64,000 bases of DNA from Lama glama (taxonomy: Eukaryota), in NCBI GenBank assembly GCA_028534125.1, contig CM052816.1, positions 31,746,001 through 31,810,000 on the forward strand, in the 5' to 3' direction. A program made the translations under genes and the position numbers. The notes under the pieces are model-generated. The model was not told where the DNA came from and did not search any database. It worked only from the letters and a program-made list of their open reading frames with translations. Within the stretch, counting starts at the first letter, position 1; each line of letters begins with the position of its first letter. Shown one piece after another: positions 26,530-40,274 of this stretch.

Positions 26530-27062
26530 CGTCAGATTGTGTCATTCACCAGCTTAAACTCCTTCACTGGCATCTTACTGCACGATGAATAAAACCTAAA
26601 TTTCTAAAAGTCCCTTCATGATGGTTATGATTTCCCAGGCTCCTACTTGCTCCCTGTGCTCCGTCTCTTCTGTCATTCAAATTCTTTTCCTGGCCTCAGT
26701 GCTTTAGTCCTCGCTCCCTCTTCAGCCTACACTGGGGCCCTCTTCCTTAAGGGTTTTCAGCATGACTGACTCTTGCTTATCCTCAGGTCTCAGCTCAAGT
26801 GCCACCTCTTCAAAGAGAACTCCCAGACCACTTCTTCCCCGCATACCAGTTATTATCACGTGACCCTATTTTTTTTCCTTCTGGGAACTTATTACAATCA
26901 TCAGTCTTTTTAGTACATGTTTTACAACTTTGTTGTCTGACTTTCTCTACAGAATGTTAGCTCCACGAGCACAGGGATCTTCTCCGTAGGGCTGACTGCT
27001 GCCCAGAGCCAGCAGCACCCGGCACATGGCAGTGACAGACCACACTTGTTGCATTAATTATG
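26530..27062 (+). mobile_element. L2 LINE 3' end
   Basis: CAGGTCTCAGCTCAAGTGCCACCTCTTCAAAGAG, AGAATGTTAGCTCCACGAGCACAGGGAT, GCACCCGGCACATGGCAG, CTTGTTGCATTAAT. Confidence 0.85.
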
Positions 27063-28484
27063 GAGTAAGTCCATATAAGCAAGGCATTCTCCCCAAGCAG
27101 AGGTTATTCAAACTATATCTTTCAGAAATTTCAAATGTAATCACATGACCTGAGTCCATATACAGAAACAGAGGTATCAGCTCCCCAAGCTCTGAAATGG
27201 AACGGGACATAGAAATCAGCTGATACACGGACATCATCGAGTAAACCATACACACAACCTGGTTTGCCGGAGGAAGGTCATCCATCTGTACTCTACAAGT
27301 TTATCCAGGAAAATAATACACAACAGCCCCCTTTCTGTATCAGGACAGATTGAATTTAGTTTCTGCCAACGTGAACCTTTTATAAATCACTTCCACCAAG
27401 TTGAAATTAAAAGAAATAAAATCGAAATTTGTCTAAAGGATCCTGTACATACTACATCCTGTAGGAAAGTTAAATAATCACAATATATCAACAAAGGAAG
27501 ACAATTAGGAAAGTCATCAAATGGCCATTAAGTAAACATATTTGTGTATTTGTATCCATATATGTACAAGACTGAAGAATTTCCAACTTACAACATTAAT
27601 ACAACAGCAATCTAGATACTGAAGAAAAAGATGCATCAATTATGTGAAAATCTTAAATTACTGTCTGAAAAATTTTACTATAAAAAAAAAGCTGTACATT
27701 CCAGCTATTAGAGAAAATCACGAAGTCTAGATTTGTGAAATTGCAGTATTCATATACTTTGAAAGCTGAAAAAAAGAACTGACTTCTAAAGAATAATGCT
27801 TAAAATACGTTTTTAAATATAACAATAATAACATTAAACTCTCAAGCCCATAAGGCCCTTGGGCTTACATGCCTCAGTTCTCTCTCACTGGCTTCGTGGA
27901 TAGGGGCCACGGGATGGCCAGTCCCACCACAAACTGGAGAGCTTTGCTGCCCAGATGCTCCCCAGAGAGGGTGTGCAGCCCCTGATCTAGGACACTGGTG
28001 TCTTAGTCAGGTATTTCATACACGGGAGTCGACCTGTGAAATTACTGCTGCTTTTCATATTTTTAGTTTACACAAGGATTTTGTTGCCAAATCTAGATCC
28101 TTCTCTTCCTCTCACTCTACGTGTTGCACTCACCTTCAGCTATAATGCTGCATTTGTTTCACAGTACAATCAAGGATAAGCTTAGAAACCCAGCAACACG
28201 ACTGTTAGTAGCTATCAGAAAATTAAACAAAAATACATTAAATGCTTTTGTTCATTGTGTTTGTACCACAACCAGCCAAAGAACATCCGAAGAGAGGAAT
28301 TTTAATATTAGAATCCTACAATCCTCTTCCCCTTGGTATTCTCCCTTAAGACTTATTAACGTAATTCCCTGTATTTTAGAGTTCCCTGCACACAACTACT
28401 TAAGATAAATCACTGAGCATTGATTTACTTTGCTTAAACAATGATAAATTTTGTCTAAAACATCTATGTCAAGTTTACTCAGAC

Positions 28485-28805
28485 CTCTGAGGAGAGGCTG
28501 CTGCCTGGTGGTGCTGCTACCTTCAAGGGGGCATGATGAGGCTGGTTCTTAGATGTGCAAATAAAAGTTGCAGACTTGAAGCAAATGCACTGGCAGGAGA
28601 AAGGGGAGTTGCGGAAAGGAACAGGGAGCTAACTGGACAGTGTGTCCCTTCTCTCTCCAGCCTTCTATTCACTCTCTAGTGCCTTCTACAGGCAGATCTA
28701 ACCGAGAGCCCACAGGCAACAGAGAAAGCTGTTTCGCAGAGTCCCAGCCCCAGCATCACAAAACAGGGTAGAGACAGGTGGGTTTGGAGCTGAGCGCTAA
28801 CAGCA
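28485..28805 (-). mobile_element. LTR33 (ERVL) LTR fragment
   Basis: GCAGAGTCCCAGCCCCAGCATCACAAAACAGGG...GGTGGGTTTGGAGCTGAG is the reverse of the recalled LTR33 5' end. Confidence 0.8.
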
Positions 28806-29939
28806 CAGCCCTCTCCTACTTGATCCCAGGGCTCAGCTACATATTCACGCCACCTGAAGCTTGGCACTACTCAAGGCTGCTGAAATAAAGAATTCAACTT
28901 GTCTCCTCTCGAAACAGATGTGGACTTCCGGTTATTAATGTTGAAACAGAGCACACCAGTCACCTACTAAATCTTCACTAGCAGAAGCAATGAAGCCGAA
29001 GCCAGAGATGAATAAACACAGCCTTGATCATATGAACCATCTTAACTGATGAAATAGAAATAGAAATTGGGCCAAAGCTTTCTCTGAATAATAAAATCAA
29101 TCCCAATAAAGTCATTTTCTCCCATATGAAAGTCTGCCTCTCCTTTCTATTCTTAAGTAAATGCAGATGTCTCCATAAGCCAAGGACCCAATAACCTCAT
29201 TGGTAGATTTTCCAAGCTTCTTTCCTTTCTCTGGCTGAGACCTTTCCCTCTAGCACTTCCACTAGAAACACAGCAGTGAAAGCCCATTCAGCCGCTTTAT
29301 CCACTGCTCTCTCAAAGGTTCAGTGGGAAAGGACACAGAACCACTAACTGCAAACTGTGAGGTCCTCCAGCCAAATTCTGTGACATCTGGATTAAGAAAA
29401 GGGGATGCCCAGAGCCCCTGGCCCATGACTTGAGCAGGATACAGATTTCCTCAAAAGTTTACAGTGATCAGATGAGTCGCAGACCTGAGAATGATGGCTG
29501 AGATGTAGGCACATGCACAGTACCCCAGAGAAACTGGGAATGTCCCTTTAGAGATCCATTCTAACAATGAAGAAAAGCAGGGGAAGTGAGACTGTAGGAG
29601 GAACCATGTCGCCAGGGCACTTCTGCTGCCTGTGATGCAGCATCAGAGCCGAGGGAGCTCCCACAGGTAAAGCCAGAGGAAGGAGGGGCAGGAGTCAGGA
29701 GCGGCCAAATCACAATTCAGGATGTCTATTACCTGAAGGACTCAAAAAGAAAAAGAAAATAACAGATTTTAAGGAAAAAGACTTAAGACAGAAAACCAAA
29801 GTTGAAGTTTAGGAAGATCATGATCATTCTTGCTTCTCTTTTCCACTAACCCACTCCCTCCCCACACTCTGTACAAGGGGCCAGGCAAACTCCGAGGTGA
29901 ATACCAATTCAGAACATACGCATTAGAAGCCTGCAAAAA

Positions 29940-31400
29940 AAGAGGAAGGTAGAATAAAATAGAGGCAACAGGCAAATAAAGAGTACATCTAAAAAGAAAC
30001 ACTAAGAGTTAAGAGTAATAGTCATTGAGAGTCTCAAAGAAATTGCAGAAAAGTTACAAATTATTTTAAAAGATCTCAAAGAAGATATTCAATGGTTCAA
30101 AGAAGAAATTATGAGTTATTCTGACCAAGCAGGCAGAATTTGAGGAAAAAATGGAAGAAAATAGTTAGATATTACAAGGATAAGCCATACAAAAATCATA
30201 TCCAACAGAAACAAAACTTGTGTTCATTAATCAATCCAACAATTAGAATATATAGGAAAAAATAAAAGAAATAATAGGTATAATTTAAGCATGCGAAATT
30301 ATACATAGGAAATAGATCAATAAAATAAGCAAAAAAGTATACATAGATAGGAAGAAATTAAAAGGTGTTAAAAGCTAAATTTAATGAAGGAGAAAATGTA
30401 AATAATAAAAAGATAAATGAATAAAACAAAAGCTGCTTCATTGTAAAAACAATGATACAAAGTATAGAAGAGATCAAAAGCCTTTAAGCAAGTATCATCT
30501 GCAATTCCACACCAACATTTTGAAAAGCTAGAAGAAATGGATGGTTTTCTAGCAAATTAGAAGATGTTAAAATTGGTCCAAGAAAAAGTAGAGAATCTGA
30601 AGGTACAAACAAACACAGTAAGTATTAAAAAAGCAAGTTTTAAAATCTGCCATCTTAAAAAGACATGCCCCAGACCCTTTCATGAGTTGGCTTTGCAGGC
30701 AAGTTAATATAAAAAAGATAATTCCTAGTCCTATAATAGTTAAACTGTTTCAGACCACAGCAAAAAAGGACACTTACTTATAAAATTAAGATTAACTTAA
30801 CACCAATATTATTTAAAGTATGCAAATTCCATTCATGAATATAGATACAAAAATTCAAAATAAAATAATGGCAAATTCAACACAGCAGTATATTGAAAAA
30901 ATAATACACCATAACCAAGAAGTATTTTTTAAGAGGAATGCAGACAGTTCCTTTAGGAAAGCCATCAACAAAATACAATACATCATCAAAGTAAAGTACA
31001 TTTATAAAATTCAACAGTCATTTTAAATAAAAACTCCAAGCCAAATAGGAGTATTAAACTCCTGAAATATGATGAAGGCTGTCAGCAAAATCAATACTGA
31101 CATATCAAATATATGTTAGGATTTCTCCTATAATCAAGGAAGATTTGAATCTGCAACTCAACAGGCAATGCCGTATGAAAGGAAAAAGACTGAATGATCA
31201 ACACAGAAACATATATTGAAAAAGTTACTGAGCTTCAAGTATACCAAAAAAAAAAATCATACAGATATTTACACCAATAAAGCAAATCATACAGGATGAA
31301 AAAAAATCAAAAGATTCCTAGATTTCTCCATAACAATAAACAGAAAGTGTAGTGATGTCTCCATATTTCTAAGGTAAAGAAAGTTTGATTCAAGTCTTCC
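29940..31400 (+). mobile_element. Ancient L1 fragments (ORF1-like and ORF2), decayed
   Basis: ORF 30820-31026 MNIDTKIQNKIMANSTQQYIEKIIHHNQ matches the L1 ORF2 RT motif [28 protein letters not shown]; A-rich strand; LEEMDxFL-coding sequence near 30530. Confidence 0.8.
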
Positions 31401-31469
31401 TCTTGCAAGATAGACATTCTCAATTTGGGTAAGAATTTAAGAATTCCAGCCCCAAAGACTCATTTTTAG

Positions 31470-31610
31470 AAACACACACGTGCATACACCTGCACACATG
31501 CACACACACACAGAAATACACTTGCCCACTGGCGCAAACATGTGCACACATGCACATGCAAAACAGGCACTCATGCAAACACACCACACACACCATATGC
31601 ACACACCTAC
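31470..31610. repeat. Degenerate (CA/CATG)n simple repeat
   Basis: ACACACACGTGCATACACCTGCACACATGCACACACAC... visible directly. Confidence 0.8.
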
Positions 31611-33194
31611 ATCCTGTTTTCTAAATCCTTTTTCTTAACTATAAGGGTATCTTTAAGAACAAGTATCTAATACAGCAAAAAACTATTTACTGGAGTTCAG
31701 CGATTTCTTCAAGTTTAATTTCAATATCTTTTTTGCAAAAATCAAGTGAAGTCAAGGAAAGTTTTACTCAATATATTTTATTTAAATTAGCATGTATCAT
31801 ATGATCTCAGCTTTCTAAATTATTTCTACCTATCCTGTCTGAATATATGGATTAAAATACCTGTAGAATAGGGTTCATCAAATATTAAGAACTTTATTTC
31901 TGAACAGACTTTTGAGTGATTCTATTCTCTTTTCATTTTCTCTATTTCTTGAATTTCGTATAAAATTTACATCCTTTTTACCAAACCAATAAAGTTCATT
32001 TCTGCAAAACAAAAAATAAGAATGAGGAGGAAATGAGAAGAAAAAAAGAAAAAAAATTAGTATTACTGTAATGAGTTTCCATTTTAATATGTTTCGTGTG
32101 TCTGTTGGATGAGTCAAAGAAAATACTATAATGGAGTTTCCATTCTGTAAATTTAATTTTACAACAGGAAATAAGGGATGAGACAGCCATTCCAAACACT
32201 TAATGGGCATCCCTGTCTTCCTCTTATTCAATTATAGAAATCAGAGCTAGAGAAGCCCTCCCCATGTCCTGTCAATGTTTCCTGTGGTGTATTCTCTTGG
32301 ATTCTTTTAGTTCAGTATTAAATAACTCAAGTGTTGGGGTTTCATCTATTTCCCATTATAGAAGCCAACTCTTCTCTTACAGCTACAGGGGGACAGTGCC
32401 TCCTAAATATGTGAGAAAAGACTGTTCTTATTACAAAGTCCTAACACCTTATTACTGAGTTCTAATAGGGTCTTGCCCGAGGACCCTCTAGCCAGGCAAC
32501 AGTTCAGTGGATTCTGATTAAGCTACAGTGACACCGTAAGTTAGACGCATTAATAGATATTTTCAGTAACAAGAAGAAAATCTGAAGACCACTTTTTAGT
32601 ATTCATGTATCCTTGGACAGGTTGCCTTGCTAACCTTATGTAAAAGCTTGTGAAATTATAAACGGCCAGTCAAGAAAAAGAGATTCTACCCTTGTCCTGC
32701 TTTATGCGGAAAACCGAATTCTAAAGTCAGCTCTCCCTAGACCCTACCTGAATTTTCTACTCACTTTGCTTCCCCTTTGTAAGTCACACACACGCATGCA
32801 TACACACACACATAACCACAGACTCACACACAAACACATACCGCAGATGGGGATGCCTTCTTGTGACCTACAGAGCTCCAGTGGGAATATGTTATTTTTT
32901 TTTTCTGGTCAAGAGAATAAACATGAAAATCTACAATGTAAATGAAGAAGACTATATGGTGACAGCTAGTGAAAGTGACTAACTTAGAGTCTAGAGCCAC
33001 AAATATTAACATGACTATTCAAGTTTGGGTTTTGGATGGCTCTTAGTTTTTTTAATTTTGTCAAACTGACTTTCCATGTTTTACGATTAAATGTATTATT
33101 TTTATAAGAAAAAGCTAGTTTTAAAAGGATATTTCCCCCCCCTCTCAGCCTCACTCCCCTTCCTCAACCTCTTTGAAGAGGGTTCCAGTAATTA

Positions 33195-33572
33195 ACCCCT
33201 GTTCCTTTCATTCAAGCGACTGTGGTATGCTACAGTTTGTACACGTGGTACCCTGTTGATGGACGTTTGAGTTGTTCCCAGTTTGGGCCTATTGTGAATA
33301 AAGCTGCCATGTACACGGGTGAACCTGTGCTTTCATTTCTCTTGGGCTAATCACAAAGTGCAAAATTCCTAGGTCATATGGGAAGAGCATGTTTAACTTC
33401 AGAAGAATCTGTCACTATTGTCCAAGGTGGTAGCACTATTTTACATTCCCACAGTACTGCATGAGATTTACAGTTGCTCCACATCCTTGTCGCTATTAGC
33501 CTTTTTAATTTTAGCCATTCTGGTGGGTGTATGGTAGTACGTTCTATGGTAGTTTTAATTTTCATTTGGGAA
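33195..33572 (-). mobile_element. Old L1 ORF2 3'-end fragment
   Basis: CTGTTGATGGACGTTTGAGTTGTTCCCAGTTTGGG, TTTTACATTCCCACAG, TTTTAGCCATTCTGGTGGGTGT; the minus ORF contains QMKIKTT...PPEWLKLK and WECKIV, from the ORF2 cysteine-rich region. Confidence 0.85.
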
Positions 33573-33574
33573 GT

Positions 33575-34342
33575 AAACCTGGATGGAGAGTAGGATATTT
33601 GCAAGGTCTTAAAATGTCTCACCACAGACTGCTTATTAGGAGCAAGAAAAATAACTGTCTATACAGTGGAGAAATCGGCAACCTTGAACAAAATTAGCAT
33701 CATAAATGGGAGGCAAGAGGAAATCGTGTGCCTCTGGACAACATACACTGAGCAGAATACAACCCACAGTGATTCAGGGTACATAACCTAGAACTGATCA
33801 TCACGAAACATACATAAATCCCTAGTAAGGAACATTTTACTTCGAAAAGGGACTGACTGCATTCCTCAAAAGTGTCAATGCCAGAAAAGAAAAAGAAAGG
33901 CTGGGAATTGTTTCAGATTAGGGAGACTAAAAAGACATAACAGCTAAATGCAACACTTGATTCTATGTTGGATCCTGTAGTGCAGGGGGGTAAATACACA
34001 AACAAGGCCTTAAAGACTAAGTTGGCAACACTGGACGGTAAGAAGATTAGATCAAAGTATTACACCACTGCTAACTGTGCTGAGGTTCATCACTGTACTA
34101 AAATTATGTAAGAAAACGGCCTTATTCTTTGGAAATCTACACTGAAGTATTTAGGGGTAACCAGTTACATTGTTTCCAACTTTCAAATGGTTCCCAAAAA
34201 GTAATATGTAAATGAGAGAGAGAGAACGAATGATAAGCAAATAGGTCAAAATGGGCTAAAATCTGGATAAATGGTGTAATGAAATTCTTTGTACTATTTC
34301 TGTAACTCTTGAGGTTTGAAATTATTTCTAAGTTAAAAAAAA
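33575..34342 (+). mobile_element. L1MC-like 3' UTR
   Basis: ATACAGTGGAGAAATCGGC, AAAAGTGTCAATGCC...AAAGAAAGGCTGGGAATTGTTTCAGATT, ACTGAAGTATTTAGGGGTAA, ends GTTTGAAATTATTTCTAAGTTAAAAAAA. Confidence 0.8.
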
Positions 34343-36169
34343 TTCAAGCAGCTAAGTCAGATTGGATTAAGATGGCATCTACTTTGTTTCATATCTGAAA
34401 TTGCTAGAAATTAGACAAAAAAGAGTTTTTAAAAAATCAGTAAGAGCAATAGGAAAATATGAATGATGTGTGGACCAGAAATGTTGTGGTCCTAACCTAT
34501 AATAAGCAGACAAGATAGAATTGAGAATAGAAGTCATAACTTAAAACAAATATTATATAAACTTTTCACTTCCCCTGCTAACACCAGAATCCCAACCTAA
34601 ATAATGGTCAACTGGTTTCAAGTTAGATACAAGCATGAATGTGAACCTCGAACTCTTATACCTTAGCTGGTCTCAGAGGAGGAGACACTTACAGACTCCA
34701 GGATTCTCAGTGATGGCAGTGGTGTGGCTCTGTCCTTCTGTCCTGATAAGGGATGAAGTTCTTCTGAGGGCCCATCTCTGGCCACGGTTAGCAGCTGTGA
34801 CCCCAGAGCCAGCATGACCAGCAGGAAGCAGTAAACACGGCCAGAGAAGGAACAGCCTGCTTTCAGGTCAGGGCTCTGTTTTATTGTCACCTGTCCTGTG
34901 CTGCTCTCCCCAAACCTCTCTGATATCCAGTCTCTGGTCCTCAACTCACTATGCCTGTTTCTCTGACAAAATAAATTTCTGTGCATCACGACAAAGCTGA
35001 CAAACCCCATCTGGCCAAACCTGCCCTATTACCCACTAAGCTGTTCCTGAAAGTCCACATATGAATCTGGTTCACATATTCCCAAGGCTCCAGTTGTGAA
35101 CCTCAGGTCAGCTAATCCACACTCCAACCTGAATACTTCCAGTTTTTAATTCTTGGCAAGATAAATCATGTCTCTCCCTTACTTCGAGAAGCTATAAATC
35201 TTTTGTTAGCAACTTATAAATATATCATCCTTTTCCTTTGTCCTCACAAGCCAACCTTCCTAACTTCCCAAGTAGTCTCATTGCTCTTCTCAGAAGCTTT
35301 TCTAGTCTTTTTCAGAAGTCTTGGTAGCAAGGTGCCAAGTAATCACGTTTGAGTCCATTCTCAGGTGAATTCATTAGAATCTTCCTTAATTACAAACAGG
35401 GAAAGATAAAAGGATCACCTTTCCTCAACAGCCAGCTATGTCATTTCATATTAAACAGCAAAGAAAATATAACCAGGAATATCAAGTAATTCATTAGCCT
35501 AATTTGTAGGAGGCTTTACACCAGCTTCCAAAAATCACACTGAGAGCCAACCAAATCTAAATTACCCATTTCCATGCCACAGGACACTTACAATTGACCA
35601 CTTATCTGCCACCTCTCATGACAAGTCCCCCAGCCTATTTGTTTTTTCATTTCTCTCTCATGAGAGTGCAGATTCTGAGTCTCTGTAGACGCAGTTGCCC
35701 AGAGAGGTTTGTTCACAAGAAATCTCGTTACCATTCCCCAGAGCTCTAACCTGGGCTGGAATTACTGCTGAAAGGCCACCTTGGCACCTGAGATGGCACA
35801 GCTTCCTCCTGAACCAGCACTTCTCTTGAGAAACAAGTGCTAACAAGCATCTCAGAGGTCCTGGGGCTCTACTAGGCCACCAACACGGGCCAGACACCCG
35901 CCCTACTCAACAACAGGGCACATTTTAAGACGAAGTTTTTCAATCAAAGCAAGAAAAATTTAAGAAAAGCATTTTCACCAGGTTTACCCCTTCTGGCTTT
36001 TTTTTAATGGTGTGTGTAACAAGGCCAGATGCCAAGAGAATCTGAATTGTTCAATGTCAGGAAAATTACATGGGACACTACTTGAAGCCCTTTATCTTGT
36101 ATTATTATAATATCATGCAAAAATATCAATCAATGTGGCCCTGTATGATTTCACCTTTATTAATTATTA

Positions 36170-36402
36170 TTAGATAACATTTATTAAAGGGCTCCCGCTC
36201 AGTACTTCATTTGTAGTATTTCACTGAATCTTCAAAATAATGATTTTCTGAGGTGGATACTATTTTCATTTTATAGATAAGGAAACTTGAGACTCAGCAA
36301 GATTAAATAAATTGGCCAAGATCACACAGCTAGTAAATGGCAGTACAAGGCTTCAAAACCAGGCTGGACTCACCATGATCTGTCTGTAACCACTCACTAT
36401 TC
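36170..36402 (-). mobile_element. MIR SINE
   Basis: CATTTTATAGATAAGGAAACTTGAGACTCAG...GGCCAAGATCACACAGCTAGTAAATGGCAG. Confidence 0.85.
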
Positions 36403-37299
36403 TATACTTCCTCCCCTCTTTCTTATCTCAGCACCTGTTCATGTGTCTTCATAGTCAATCGAGTTAGATTTATTAGCACCTACCTGCCAAGAATCACTCT
36501 ACTTAAAAATACCTCAAACTGCTCTCTCTTCCACAGTATTTTCAAAATGAATTGCCAGCAAGTCTGTAAATTAGCTAAGTAGCATTCTTAGGACTGAAGA
36601 GCACACATCTGTGGGCTTGCTGATTCATATTCACTCCAATTTTACAAGTGCTGCCTCTCTTGTGTTTCCCTGATAACTGTTTCACACGATCTTCATTACT
36701 TCATAATTGTTCGGGTTTCTACATTAAGGTTTCCTTGTGAAGACAGATGGTCTGCGTGCTTGTAAAGTTGGAATAATAAAAGGAAATGAGGATGCTATAC
36801 CAGAGCATCCTTCATCCCCAGGACCAATAAATTGCTAAATTAAATGTTCCTTTTCTGGAGCATTGCCAGAGCCCATCACCTCCGTGGGCCAGCTTCTTAT
36901 AAAAATTCTGCAGGGCAGCAAAAGCCAAAAACACATGAGGAGAATGTTAATCCATTTCATTAACAAGGCAATGTGTCCACCACAGAAATAGTCTGTGCCA
37001 CCATTTCTAAAAATAACCTATTTACATCAGTCCAGGGCTTCCTTGGGTCAGGCGCCCACAGGGCCTTGAAGCTAGAACCATTCTGAGATGGACAAAGGAT
37101 GGAGAGGGAGGAGATAGCTCTGGTAGAACAGAGGACAAGATGCCAACTTTGCTTTGTTGGATGCTGCACGGTTTTGTATCTCTACGAATATACTTGAGCC
37201 TCACTCTAGGATATAGTCAAGTTCCTTGGTAGCATTTTGAACCTCTCAAATCTTCCATTTAAGCTTTGTCTGGCAAAAGCAGAGCAACATGTGATTTAA

Positions 37300-37892
37300 A
37301 GTTATTTTTGCCCTATTACTGGGGCAAGATTCTTCTGAGTAAGTATTTGCCCCAGAGCCCCGTGATTTATGAGGCTTTCCAGGATGGCTGTTGGGAACAG
37401 GCACTATTTCCTGACCTAATGTGAACTCCTAGCATCATTCCTTCTGCCTTTTAGGGGGGTTCCTCCCCAGCTGTGACAATTCCCTTACACACATGTGCTG
37501 ACCAGCTCTCTACTGAAAATGTAAGGGTAATTTCTACAGAGCCCAGAGTTTTTGGAGCCTGCGCAGCTTTCTCCTTTCTATAACTCTTTCCTGAGAGCTC
37601 TACCCTCTTAGCCTTCCTGAACTCACACCTCCATCTCCTCCACCACGGGAGACTGCCAGGCTCAGCCTGGGTACCCCTCTCCGCAGTACAGCCTGGAAAC
37701 TCTCTCCAGGGAGTCATCTGAGACAATTAGAGGGATCACCTCATTGGTTTCCTGTCTCTCAAGGATCTTTCACTGCCTGACCTTTGATTTCTTGAGACTC
37801 ATTGCTTTATATAGTTTGTCCCATTTATTAGTTGTTTCAGGTGGAAAAGCAAAACTTATCCCTTTACTTGACCTTGACTGGAGGTGGACATT
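37300..37892 (-). mobile_element. Old L1M 5'-end (5' UTR) fragment
   Basis: GGGAACAGGCACTATTTCC, CACACATGTGCTGACCAG, GGGAGACTGCCAGGCTC, GCCTGGAAACTCTCTCCAGG, TTAGTTGTTTCAGGTGG resemble L1MC/L1MD 5' ends in antisense. Confidence 0.7.
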
Positions 37893-37919
37893 TCTCATTC
37901 TCTCTTAAAAACTGCTCTT

Positions 37920-38270
37920 TTCTAAGCCTGAAGTTTATCTGCGTTCTGTGGCTTTCTCACAATTGAGCTCTGTCTAGAAAGTTATCTCCCACCTTCTCCC
38001 ACACCTTCAACTCCTGCCTTTCAGATTAGACCCAGCTAAAAATATTACTTTCCCCGTGAAGTCTTTCCTCCAACCCCCAGTAGAAGTAATCTCACTTTAC
38101 TGAATTCCACTGACAATATCCATTTTCTAATATGTCATATACCAAAATCTGTACATATTTTATCTCCCCAGTAATTTCCTTAAGAGCAGAAATCACACCT
38201 TATCCATTTCACTTCCTCAGCAATACTTTCTACTCTACTAGCTGGTAGTAAATGGTGAATGAATGAACAA
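37920..38270 (+). mobile_element. L2 LINE 3' end
   Basis: CCCAGCTAAAAATATTACTTTCCCCGTGAAGTCTTTCC, TTCCTTAAGAGCAGAAATCAC, ends TGAATGAATGAA. Confidence 0.7.
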
Positions 38271-39415
38271 AGAAAATGGCAAAAAGTGTCATCCTATCAC
38301 AGAGCACTTCACTCAGATTCACTAGACACATTTGACAAAGTGTGAAGATACAGTCCACAATTCACATATGGCAGGAGACCCCAGCCACCATTCACACAGT
38401 GAGCACCTTCCAGAAGTAAATGTAACATGAGGCAGGTCACCCTCTTTTTCCCGTCTATCTCCATTCCTTCAAGTCTCATGAGATGTAACCCTAATGTGAA
38501 AAGGTATCACTTTAAGATATGGTCCCTAATGTAAGTCAAATATTTCTTTAAGCCCACCAAGAATCTGGAAAATCCTTTGCCCATAATGAGACATGCTTTG
38601 ATTAATACAATAGAGTTGTCAGGTTGTTACTACACTTTTAAAATATCGAACAACTAGGTAGTACAGTCTCAACTTCTCTGCTTCAGTTGGTCCTTATCCT
38701 TTTTCTCTGCCACTTCCTTCACATGTTTTACATTCCCCAAGGAGCCACTTTCAACAAACTAAACCTTCTAAAAGTTTGAACTGAACGAAGCCATATACCA
38801 TCAGGCTAGGTTCCAAATTGGTGAGACAGTGCATTTTTGAATTTTTGCAATTAATATTATTGACACCATTCTGAGTTGTGTATCACATAGATAGAAAAAA
38901 ATTATAAAAACTCACTAAACTCAGGCCAACCATCAAAATACCAAAGTCTGGCTGCAGTGACAATTATCACAAAGTTAGCAGCTTAAAATAACAGAAATTT
39001 ATTCTCTCACAGTTCTGGGGGCCAGAAGTCTGAAATCAGGCCAAGATTAAGATGTCAGCAGGACGAGACTCCTTCTCGAGGTTCTAGGGGAGAACTAGCC
39101 CTTGTCTCTTCCAGCTGGTGGTGGTGGCTGCGGGCATTCCTTGGCTTATGACCACATGTCTCCAATCTTCCAGGCCAGAACTCTCTGCCTTGTTTTCATC
39201 ATGCCTTCTTCTCTGCGTCTGTGTAACATCTCTCTCTGCCTCCCTCTTACCCGGATACATGTGACGGCATTTAGAACCCACCTGGCTAATCCAGGATAGC
39301 CTCCCCACCTCAAGATCCTTAACTTAATCACATCTGCAAGGACACTTTTTCCCACATAAGGTAACATTTACAGATTCCGGGCATTAGGATCTGGTATCTT
39401 TGGGGGATATTATTT

Positions 39416-40274
39416 TTTTAACATTTTTTATTGATTCATAATCATTTTACAGTGTTGTGTCAAATTCCATTGTTCAGCACAATTTTTCAGTCATTCATGG
39501 ACATATACACACTCATTGTCACATTTTTTTCTCTGTGATTTATCATAACATTTTGNNNNNNNNNNNNNNNNNNNNNNNNNNNNNNNNNNNNNNNNNNNNN
39601 NNNNNNNNNNNNNNNNNNNNNNNNNNNNNNNNNNNNNNNNNNNNNNNNNNNNNNNNNNNNNNNNNNNNNNNNNNNNNNNNNNNNNNNNNNNNNNNNNNNN
39701 NNNNNNNNNNNNNNNNNNNNNNNNNNNNNNNNNNNNNNNNNNNNNNNNNNNNNNNNNNNNNNNNNNNNNNNNNNNNNNNNNNNNNNNNNNNNNNNNNNNN
39801 NNNNNNNNNNNNNNNNNNNNNNNNNNNNNNNNNNNNNNNNNNNNNNNNNNNNNNNNNNNNNNNNNNNNNNNNNNNNNNNNNNNNNNNNNNNNNNNNNNNN
39901 NNNNNNNNNNNNNNNNNNNNNNNNNNNNNNNNNNNNNNNNNNNNNNNNNNNNNNNNNNNNNNNNNNNNNNNNNNNNNNNNNNNNNNNNNNNNNNNNNNNN
40001 NNNNNNNNNNNNNNNNNNNNNNNNNNNNNNNNNNNNNNNNNNNNNNNNNNNNNNNGCGGGACCCGTCCTGCGCTGCTTTGCCTTTTGTTCTTTCTTTTTT
40101 CCTTTTCTCCTACCAGATTTTTGGCGTCTTTATCTTTTGAAGAGGGCGATGATCTGTTGGAGTTCCGCAGGTGCTCTGGTTGGCTGAGTGGGTCTGTAGA
40201 TGTGGGTCTTGGTGTATTTGTGGGAGAGGGTGACTTACAAGCGTCCTTCTACTCAGCCATCTTGCCCGGAAGTC
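39416..40274 (-). mobile_element. Young, apparently full-length L1; only the 3' tip (39416-39555) and 5' UTR start (40056-40274) are assembled
   Basis: Perfect 18-bp TSD CTTTGGGGGATATTATTT (39398-39415 and 40275-40292); minus strand starts GACTTCCGGGCAAGATGGC (YY1 motif) and ends TTGACACAACACTGTAAAATG...CAATAAAAAATGTTAAAAA. Confidence 0.9.
39556..40055. other. Assembly gap of exactly 500 N
   Basis: Run of N; the round length suggests a scaffolding placeholder rather than an estimated size. Confidence 0.98.

Noticed and set aside
27058..27285. 75-aa minus-strand ORF that looks protein-like
   Set aside because: No recognisable family, no convincing splice sites, and it ends at an L2 tail.
39457..40140. 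227-aa ORF, the longest in the track
   Set aside because: Artefact of translating through the 500-N gap, antisense to an L1.
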